A stretch of DNA of 64,000 nucleotides from Bacteriovoracia bacterium (GTDB taxonomy: Bacteria; Bdellovibrionota; UBA1018; CAIPTA01): assembly GCA_050246755.1 (NCBI GenBank), contig JBFWVL010000001.1, forward strand, positions 864,001-928,000, given 5' to 3'. The notes below the pieces were generated by a model. That model was not told the DNA's origin, did not search any database, and saw only the letters and a list, made by a program, of their open reading frames with translations. This document shows, one piece after another, positions 56,939 through 64,000 of this stretch. Each line of letters opens with the position of its first letter. The first letter of the stretch is position 1. The translations under genes and the position numbers were made by a program.

Positions 56939-59008
56939 TCAGAAGGGAAGATTTTCCATGATCTCGTCGGAAAATACTTCCTGTTGGCCCATACGGTCAA
57001 GCGCGCGCACGGCGGTGAGGTCGAATGGATCTTTACGAAGGGCATTGGTCAGCTTAGTTTGCGCGTCGGCTTTTTTTCCGCTCTCTAAAAGGCGTTCCCC
57101 GAGTAAGGCCCAACCTTCGCTGCGCCCCGGAGAAGAAACCGTAAGGACTTCAAACATCTTTTGGGCAAGCGGAGATCGATCGAGCTTCACGTAGGCTTTG
57201 CCCAACATGAAGGGAACCGAAAAACCCATTTTGTCTTTCGGTACGTCGCGAAATAGTTCCACAATCTCAGCGTAACGGCCTTCTTTCCAGCGATGGTATC
57301 CCATAGCTTTAAGCACGCTAAAGTCCCCATTTGCCGAGGACATCGCTCCTTCGAGAATTTTCCCGGCTTCGCCAGTACGGTTTTGCAAGCAGGAAAGAAT
57401 CGCATCAACGGCCATGATCAGCGGCGATGGCTTACTGCCCATCGGTCCATCTAAATTGAGCTCGCGGATCCAGCTACGAGCGGAATTATAAAATTCGGGG
57501 GCCTGCATTTTTCGGAAATTAATGATGCGCGAAGGCGGATCAAGGTCCGGAGCGGAATCTACGAACGCGCGGAAATCAGTTTCAGATCCACGAAAACCAA
57601 TGCGGCGCAGGCGGTGAATCGCCAAACCCAGCCGGGATTTGGCCGAAGAAGGATCAGCGGAGATGGCCCGCAAAAAGGCCGCTTCGGAAATATCTCTCGA
57701 TTTCGGATCCAGCTCATAAGCCCACCCCAGAGCAAAGGAGGCGTCGGCAAAAAGAGGATCGTCTTCTCGTAGGGAATTGGCCAACGGGGCAATAACCGTC
57801 ATTGCTTCTTCGCCCTTATTAGAGCGCAGGAGGGCAACGGCTAAGTTGTATTTATACATCGGTACGTTCGGCTCAGCGGCGATCAGCTTGCGCAGAATTT
57901 CCGCAGCAGCCTCGGGATCGCGGTCAAAAACATACATGGCGAACAGATTTTCAATCTCATTTTTCGTGCGGACATCAGTAGCCACCGCGCGCACCTGCTG
58001 CAAATTACTCAGCGCACCCTCGGAATCGAATAGAAACTCGCGCTTCACCAAAGCCTGAGCGACGCCGAGAAAAACTTTCTCCTTCCCGGTGGAAGCGGAT
58101 TCCATCGAGGAAATAGCCTCCTTCGCCCCTTGAAGGTCGTATAACGCCAGGGAACGCTTCAGCGCCTCCTCGGGAGTTAAATTACTTTGCTTAATGGCAG
58201 TTACCGCCGCTTTGGGTTTCTCGGCGGTCTGGTTCTTGGAGAACCATATGTAACCTAAGAATCCCGCAATCATAAACGCCACGATGCCTATCGTGGTGTT
58301 AAAATGCCGCTGGCGCTTGGCGGCGGCGGCCTCTTCGCTTTCAATTGAGAGAATATTGGGAGGGCTTTCGTTTTTTTCGATCGGAACCTGCACCATGCTG
58401 GAGCCAACGCCCGCAGCTCTCTCGGGCCCGCGCATAAGCGTATTAATGGGCTTAGGCCGAGACCCCTGGAAGTCCTTCAGTTCGCTGGGCAAGGTATCCG
58501 CCTTCACCGTGGCTCGCTTGAGCATTTCGTCGGCCGCTTTTCCATCAAAAGTGGGCATTTCATCGGGCGTAGGTTCGGAAGGCAACGGTGCCGCAGTGGA
58601 AGTATCGGTCACGAGCGAAAGATCTTCGAATTCGCCGAATTCCTCCGCCATCTCCTGATTCAGCCACTCGGCACCCGAAACTTTCTCTTCCACCAAACTT
58701 TTAGCGTTGGGCGTAGATAAAAATTTAGTGGCCTCTTCCGGCTCGGGATCCGAGTGCGTCAGCGTGGCCGTCATCTGGGTTTGCCGCTCTTCTTCCGGCG
58801 GAGCTTCGAGGCCAAGCTCAGGGAAAAAACGGGCTAGCTCAATTTTTTCTTCCACCGCAAACCAATAAGAATTCGCGCGCGACAGTTCCGTTTTGTTCTT
58901 TAATTGTTTTTTCTTGATTAGGTTAAGCACTTCTAGATGCTTAAATGGACCACGAATTGTATTGCTTACGTCGCGAATCAGCCAAATATTTTGGTCCTTA
59001 TTTTCCAT
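56939..59008 (-). CDS. GYF_2-like N-domain, acidic linker, single TM, periplasmic TPR protein
   Basis: WLIRD....RGPF....V...I...L.........W; TM IGIVAFMIAGFLGYIWF; multiple TPR-like repeats. Confidence 0.75.
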   Translation of the reverse strand: MENKDQNIWLIRDVSNTIRGPFKHLEVLNLIKKKQLKNKTELSRANSYWFAVEEKIELARFFPELGLEAPPEEERQTQMTATLTHSDPEPEEATKFLSTPNAKSLVEEKVSGAEWLNQEMAEEFGEFEDLSLVTDTSTAAPLPSEPTPDEMPTFDGKAADEMLKRATVKADTLPSELKDFQGSRPKPINTLMRGPERAAGVGSSMVQVPIEKNESPPNILSIESEEAAAAKRQRHFNTTIGIVAFMIAGFLGYIWFSKNQTAEKPKAAVTAIKQSNLTPEEALKRSLALYDLQGAKEAISSMESASTGKEKVFLGVAQALVKREFLFDSEGALSNLQQVRAVATDVRTKNEIENLFAMYVFDRDPEAAAEILRKLIAAEPNVPMYKYNLAVALLRSNKGEEAMTVIAPLANSLREDDPLFADASFALGWAYELDPKSRDISEAAFLRAISADPSSAKSRLGLAIHRLRRIGFRGSETDFRAFVDSAPDLDPPSRIINFRKMQAPEFYNSARSWIRELNLDGPMGSKPSPLIMAVDAILSCLQNRTGEAGKILEGAMSSANGDFSVLKAMGYHRWKEGRYAEIVELFRDVPKDKMGFSVPFMLGKAYVKLDRSPLAQKMFEVLTVSSPGRSEGWALLGERLLESGKKADAQTKLTNALRKDPFDLTAVRALDRMGQQEVFSDEIMENLPF

Positions 59009-60146
59009 CGCGGAAGATCCTTGGCACTCTGGCCGAAATACCAGTTAGAATTTCCCAGGAAATACTTTTTGCGTGGCCAGCCAGCTCTCCGGCAGTTATC
59101 CGATCCGCCCCATCGCGGCCGAGTAAAGTGGCTCGGTCTTCGGCGGAAATTCCAGGAACACGAGATACGTCGATGGCGGTAAGATCCATGCTCACCGCAC
59201 CAATCACGGGGCATCGCTTGCCCCGGATCAAAACTTCGGCTTTATTAGAAAAAGCGCGGCGATACCCATCGCCATAGCCCACGCCGAGAATTGCCATCCG
59301 CATTTTTTTCTTCGCGCGGAAGTGCGGCCCGTATCCAACCGGATCTCCCTTTTTCAAATCGCGCACCTGATATACCTGCGCCGTCCAGCGCGCGATCGGG
59401 TGAAGCTCCTCGTCGTCGGCGCCGTAGAGATGCAGGCCGATTCTGGCGAGATTGCCGCCTGGATAGGCACCGGCAGCGAGGCCCGCGGAATTGGCCATAT
59501 GCCGATAGCGAGGATTGATGCCGTGCTTGGCGAACTCCGCCACGATCGAATCAAATGATTTTACTTGAGCGCGAGTGAGCGGAAGGCGCGCTTTCTCTCC
59601 GGCCGCAAAATGGCTCATCAAACCTTGAACGTCGATTCCCGGCGAGGCCCGCAATATTTTTAAGCATTCCGCGATCTCGCTAGGATCGATTCCTAGCCGA
59701 TTCATTCCCGTATTGAACTTTAAGTGAACGGAACGTGTTCCGGTTGCCTCACGCAGCGTTCGGCTGAGCTGACGCAAGACGTTCAGCGAAGAGATTACGG
59801 GAAGGAGATCGCAAGTTTGGAGGCAACGATGCAGCTCTTCATTGTACTGTTGTATGCCAGATAAAATATAAATTGGGCGTGTGATTCCCTCACGCCGTAG
59901 CTCTATTCCTTCTTCTACGTTAGCCACGCCATACCCGTGCAGAAGCGCATCTGCTGGAAGCTTTTCCAACGCAGCGGCAATATCTCGGTGGGAGTGGCCA
60001 TAGGCGTCGCTCTTCAAAAGCACGAGCATTTCTGCGCCGCGCGCGCGTTTTAAAAGCTTACGGTAGTTTTTTTCAAGAAGGCCGAGATCGATCTCGAGCG
60101 TCGTTTGACGCACTTGCCAGGTTCGGCCCTGAGGAACCTTTTCCAT
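58998..60146 (-). CDS. alr: alanine racemase
   Basis: KSDAYGH, HLK.NTGMNRLG, GYGDGY, G.VSMD. Confidence 0.95.
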   Translation of the reverse strand: MEKVPQGRTWQVRQTTLEIDLGLLEKNYRKLLKRARGAEMLVLLKSDAYGHSHRDIAAALEKLPADALLHGYGVANVEEGIELRREGITRPIYILSGIQQYNEELHRCLQTCDLLPVISSLNVLRQLSRTLREATGTRSVHLKFNTGMNRLGIDPSEIAECLKILRASPGIDVQGLMSHFAAGEKARLPLTRAQVKSFDSIVAEFAKHGINPRYRHMANSAGLAAGAYPGGNLARIGLHLYGADDEELHPIARWTAQVYQVRDLKKGDPVGYGPHFRAKKKMRMAILGVGYGDGYRRAFSNKAEVLIRGKRCPVIGAVSMDLTAIDVSRVPGISAEDRATLLGRDGADRITAGELAGHAKSISWEILTGISARVPRIFRDGK

Positions 60147-61668
60147 AGGAAGATTGTAGCAAGGGCATCACATGTTCGCAAAACGATCCTAATCGCCGGG
60201 TAAGGGTAGCGATCAATTCGAACGTCTGTTCTAGCTCCCCGTCGGCGTTCATCCGCTCGTCGAAGAGAACAAGCAGTAAACCTTTTCCTTTACCTGCCGA
60301 AGTAAATGGAAAAAACTCAAAACCCGCCTGGAATAGCGGCATATGCCTTTCACGGCTTCGGTTCCACCGGCCAAAAGCCTCCGTATCTTTTAAGGCCTCC
60401 AAGTAGGAAAGATTGCCCATGAATATCCGTGCGTCCTGCAGGAATGCAAGCGCACTATCGGGCAAATCGGACCGCGTGGACACGCTTTCCGGCACCAGCG
60501 AGAAGGAAGAGGGCGAGTAGCGGTAGGTAATACAGGTGATTCCCGGCGCGTAGTCCGCGAACAGCGCTCCCAGTTCTCCCCATACATGTTTTCCGGTAGC
60601 CTGCGGTAGAATGGAATCTTCGAACCGATCCAGCAGCTTGAGCTTGCTCTCGAGAAAGCGCGCACGCACGCTGCTGACGATTTTCTCACCCTTTGCTCGC
60701 TCCGCTTCCGCTTCGCGCTGACGGGCGTACCCCAACGCGCGATCGGCAGAGCTTTTCACCGTTTCGATATATTCGCGCGCGTCATTGTCCAGCCCGCCGA
60801 AATCAAAATCAGCCTCACGCCGCTCATTCGCGCCCTCTTCTTTTAGCGAAAAACCGAGCAAGAAAATCCCGGCGGCACCGAATAGAAATGCAATCCAGTA
60901 AAGAAAAGATGTTTGATTGGTGGCGGCGGGGTCTTTGGGCCATTCGCTGCCTGCCAGCAGGCCCAGCGATGGCAAGCTGGACCATGCTCCTAGTGCGGGC
61001 TTGGCTTCCAGGCCAAGATAGCGCGCCGTGAAGCTAGCGGTCTTTCCAGCGCTGATTTCTTGAATTCCGGCGGAAACCGGGCGCAAATTAGCGCCGTTCG
61101 AGCCGATGAAACGATGAAGCGGGTGATAGACGATCGTACCGTCGGATAAAGCTATCCAGTTACGAATACCCTCCGAAGAGCGCAAATCGGAGAAAAATTC
61201 CTCGGGAACGTACGCCGAAGCGTAGGGCAAGCCGTCGGCGCTCCCTTTAATAAATAGAAAATATTTTCCCTTGGAAAGAAACAACGCCACCCGGGTATTT
61301 CCCCCCGCGTGGGCCTCGAGCGCGTCTTCCAGTAAAGCATTATCGATCACGCCGGCGGCACGAATGCGCTTTCCACCCACAATCATCCACTTCGGCGCGC
61401 CGGGCTCCGCCATGGCAGTATCGGTAAAGAAAGAGCGCATTTTGGCTTTTTTCCGCCAGCGCTGCGAGGCCTGGCTGGCTGTGGAGTCTGCTTGGCTAAG
61501 ACTCTCTTCGATTCTTTTGCCGAGAGAGCGATTCTGCGAACTAAGAACTTCTTCTACAGCTTTGGTGGCTAGGCTATCTTCGCCCTCCACCCTTTTTCGC
61601 TCCGCGTAAAAAAGCAATGCAGCTAGCAGAACCAAACTAAATGCGGTAATTCGGAGTGGTTTACGCAA
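60073..61668 (-). CDS. two-TM sensor-like protein (Cache-like periplasmic region, GAF-like C-term, no output domain)
   Basis: TM1 and TM2; DGTIVYHP Cache-like motif; coiled coil then GAF-like FPF....GLLLV. Confidence 0.55.
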   Translation of the reverse strand: MRKPLRITAFSLVLLAALLFYAERKRVEGEDSLATKAVEEVLSSQNRSLGKRIEESLSQADSTASQASQRWRKKAKMRSFFTDTAMAEPGAPKWMIVGGKRIRAAGVIDNALLEDALEAHAGGNTRVALFLSKGKYFLFIKGSADGLPYASAYVPEEFFSDLRSSEGIRNWIALSDGTIVYHPLHRFIGSNGANLRPVSAGIQEISAGKTASFTARYLGLEAKPALGAWSSLPSLGLLAGSEWPKDPAATNQTSFLYWIAFLFGAAGIFLLGFSLKEEGANERREADFDFGGLDNDAREYIETVKSSADRALGYARQREAEAERAKGEKIVSSVRARFLESKLKLLDRFEDSILPQATGKHVWGELGALFADYAPGITCITYRYSPSSFSLVPESVSTRSDLPDSALAFLQDARIFMGNLSYLEALKDTEAFGRWNRSRERHMPLFQAGFEFFPFTSAGKGKGLLLVLFDERMNADGELEQTFELIATLTRRLGSFCEHVMPLLQSSYGKGSSGPNLASASNDARDRSRPS

Positions 61669-61750
61669 AATAATCTCCTTTCCATAGGCTCATTTCGAAA
61701 CGAGCGCTCCCCCTATTCCACTCCAGACGCCTCTATTATACAAGTCCCCC

Positions 61751-63370
61751 ATGCAGTCTATGAAATCAGTTGATGCCCTGGTGCTTGGATCTGGCCTAGC
61801 GGGCCTGAACTTCGCACTCGAATTCGCCGAACGAAATCCGGAAGCGAAGATCCTACTGATCACTAAAAGCGTGCTGCTGCACGAAGGCGCCACCAATTGG
61901 GCTCAGGGTGGAATTGCAGCCGTGATGGACGGCGAAAGTTTTGAAAGCCATATCGAAGATACTCTCCGCACCGGCGGCGGCCTCTCTCAGGCGAAAGCCG
62001 TGCGCACCGTGGTCACCGAAGGCCCGGATCGGGTGCGCGACCTAATCCGTCGCGGGGTTCAGTTCACGCGCCGGGAAGACAATATCGATCAGTATGACTT
62101 CACCCGTGAGGGCGGGCATTCCGAGCGCAGAGTTCTTCATGTGGCCGACCACACCGGCCGCGCCATCATGGAGACGCTTACCGCCGCCGCGAGGGCCAAT
62201 CCACGCATCGAGATCGCCACCGAAACGATCGCGGTTGATCTCATCTCGGATCATAAGCTGAAACGAATTCGGAATCCTGCCGGAGCCACCTGCCTCGGCG
62301 CCTACTTGCTGCACATACCAACAAATACTGTATATGGAGTGGCGGCGAACGTTACTATGATCGCCACCGGCGGGGCCGGCAAAGTATACAAGTACACCTC
62401 CAATCCCGACACCTGCGTGGGCGACGGCATCGCCATGGCCCACCGCCTCGGCGCACACGTGGCCAATATGGAATTCATCCAGTTCCATCCCACCTGCCTT
62501 TACCATCCCGACGCAAAATCGGCGCTGCTCAGCGAAGCCCTGCGCGGCGAAGGCGCCTATCTCGTGAATAAAGCCGGCGAAAGATTTATGGCGAAGTATC
62601 ACCCTAGCCTCGAGCTCGCTCCCCGCGACATCGTGGCCCTCTCGATCGACAAAGAGATGAAACAGCGGGGCGATCATTGCGTTTACCTCGACATCTCCCA
62701 TAAGGGCGCGGATTTCGTGCGCTCTCACTTTCCCCACAACTATTCCACGTGCCTCCAGTTTGGCTTTGATCTCACGAAGGGCCCCGTGCCCGTGGTGCCC
62801 GCGGCTCACTATACCTGCGGCGGTATCATGAGCGACCTCGACGGCCGCGCGAATCTGGCGGGCCTCTACGTGGCGGGAGAGTGCGCGCACACGGGCCTCC
62901 ACGGGGCCAATCGCCTAGCCTCTAATTCCCTGCTCGAAGCGGCAGTATTTTCTTACCGCGCGGCCTTGCATGCGGGCGCCTATTGCAAATCTCTATCAGT
63001 GAAAAAAGCACTCAAACCCGAGGTTCCGGAGTGGAATCCTGGCTTCGCGAAGGCGGAAGAGGAAGAAGTGATTATCTCCCATAACTGGGATGAGATCCGC
63101 ACGCTAATGTGGAACTACGTGGGGATCGTGCGCTCGAATCGTCGTCTGGAATATGCGGCCCGCAGAATTGCCCTGCTTAAGCAGGAAATAAACCAGTGCT
63201 ATTGGGAGAGAAAGCTAAATAAAAATCTAGTGGAGCTGCGCAACCTAGTTACGGTAGCGGATTTAATCGTAAGCTGCGCCCAAATGCGAAAAGAGAGCCG
63301 CGGCCTCCATCAGAATATTGATCATCCGGATACCGACGACTCTCTCTTTGGCCGCGATACGATTCTTTAA
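61751..63370 (+). CDS. nadB: L-aspartate oxidase
   Basis: GSGLAG, WAQGGIAA, REGGHS.RR, QFHPT, HGANRLASNSLLE. Confidence 0.95.
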   Translation: MQSMKSVDALVLGSGLAGLNFALEFAERNPEAKILLITKSVLLHEGATNWAQGGIAAVMDGESFESHIEDTLRTGGGLSQAKAVRTVVTEGPDRVRDLIRRGVQFTRREDNIDQYDFTREGGHSERRVLHVADHTGRAIMETLTAAARANPRIEIATETIAVDLISDHKLKRIRNPAGATCLGAYLLHIPTNTVYGVAANVTMIATGGAGKVYKYTSNPDTCVGDGIAMAHRLGAHVANMEFIQFHPTCLYHPDAKSALLSEALRGEGAYLVNKAGERFMAKYHPSLELAPRDIVALSIDKEMKQRGDHCVYLDISHKGADFVRSHFPHNYSTCLQFGFDLTKGPVPVVPAAHYTCGGIMSDLDGRANLAGLYVAGECAHTGLHGANRLASNSLLEAAVFSYRAALHAGAYCKSLSVKKALKPEVPEWNPGFAKAEEEEVIISHNWDEIRTLMWNYVGIVRSNRRLEYAARRIALLKQEINQCYWERKLNKNLVELRNLVTVADLIVSCAQMRKESRGLHQNIDHPDTDDSLFGRDTIL

Positions 63371-64000
63371 AAGATCTGTCTCTCCCGCAAATCCCCAAGA
63401 GGAGATAGCTCATTGATAGCTTTTTTTCGCGGAACGGCGACACAATACTGGTCCATTTCCGGAATCATCTTTCCCTGGAATAAACGGTTGTACCAAGAAA
63501 AATAGGCACAACCTCTCGCGTAATTCTGCCGCTTGAAATTAAGAACGCCGAGATAATATGCGGCCGTGAAATGGTGCGGGTACTGCCAAAGAAGCTCATT
63601 TAGTGTAACTTCCGCTTCCTGGAAAGCTCCTGCTTCCATCTCTAGCTTTGCTTTTTCGAGGCAAATTCTCCAGTTGGTTGGAAGCAAAGCACAGGCCCGC
63701 GAAATCTTTCGTCGATCCCCCTGGTTATTTGCTTCTAAATATTTAGATAAAGAAACTTGGTAAGTCATTCCGACAAAGAACACTCCCAACGCCAGCATCC
63801 CAATTCGAGCCAGGTACGCATTGGCTAGGAAATTACTTGGTTGCGTAGTCACCATATAGCCCAAAAAAATGGCCGCGAAGAGAAACGGCACCGCGTTTTC
63901 GAAAGGAAATTGAAAAAACATCTGCACCAGCATGTAGCCACAAAAGGCGAATGCCAGCTTCTTTTCCATCGATCTTTTGCCGTTAAAAAAAGGGAATAGC
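63367..64000 (-). CDS. O-antigen ligase-like membrane protein with C-terminal TPR (partial, open at right edge)
   Basis: Frame stays open beyond ATG 63969 to the window end; FQFPF TM motif followed by TPR. Confidence 0.6.
   Translation of the reverse strand, partial: LFPFFNGKRSMEKKLAFAFCGYMLVQMFFQFPFENAVPFLFAAIFLGYMVTTQPSNFLANAYLARIGMLALGVFFVGMTYQVSLSKYLEANNQGDRRKISRACALLPTNWRICLEKAKLEMEAGAFQEAEVTLNELLWQYPHHFTAAYYLGVLNFKRQNYARGCAYFSWYNRLFQGKMIPEMDQYCVAVPRKKAINELSPLGDLRERQIF

Noticed and set aside
1-64000. CRISPR array, rRNA, intact IS element or prophage
   Set aside because: No regularly spaced repeat-spacer pattern, rRNA-like sequence, transposase or phage structural genes seen; the repeats found are coding low-complexity tracts.

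Overview
Bacterial chromosomal window of moderately high GC. Gene content suggests Bdellovibrionota or a related deltaproteobacterial lineage (inference from many secreted hypothetical proteins and proteases, a GYF-TM-TPR protein, a TadG-like protein and a degenerate HD-GYP). The right third is mostly housekeeping: thrS, rimP-nusA-infB-rbfA-truB, rpsT, holA, lptE, dciA, alr, nadB. The left part is accessory. (i) A general-stress-like gene set (DUF1328, hemerythrin-like, CsbD, ElaB/YqjD-like, AI-2E, LEA-like) is arranged divergently around an NtrC-family sigma54 activator, a single-domain receiver and a stand-alone Hpt. Each arm has a well-formed -24/-12 promoter, and a third such promoter precedes a distant YihY-DUF748-lipoprotein operon. 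This is the best candidate for an undescribed system: a sigma54/phosphorelay-driven general stress regulon. (ii) A ~3.2 kb degenerate integrative element sits in tRNA-Arg(CCG), bounded by an 18-bp direct repeat, with a tyrosine-integrase remnant and DUF4105, thioesterase and secreted disulfide-repeat cargo. Other notable items: a basic-block/acidic-block histone-H1-like protein just upstream of rpsT, an orphan TadG-like gene behind truB, an IalB-like/coiled-coil protein with a Cys-flanked Gly/Pro loop, and several genes with a -10 hexamer directly before an SD-less ATG (probably leaderless). No CRISPR array, rRNA or intact transposase was seen. All family assignments come from motif recognition by eye, not from database searches.
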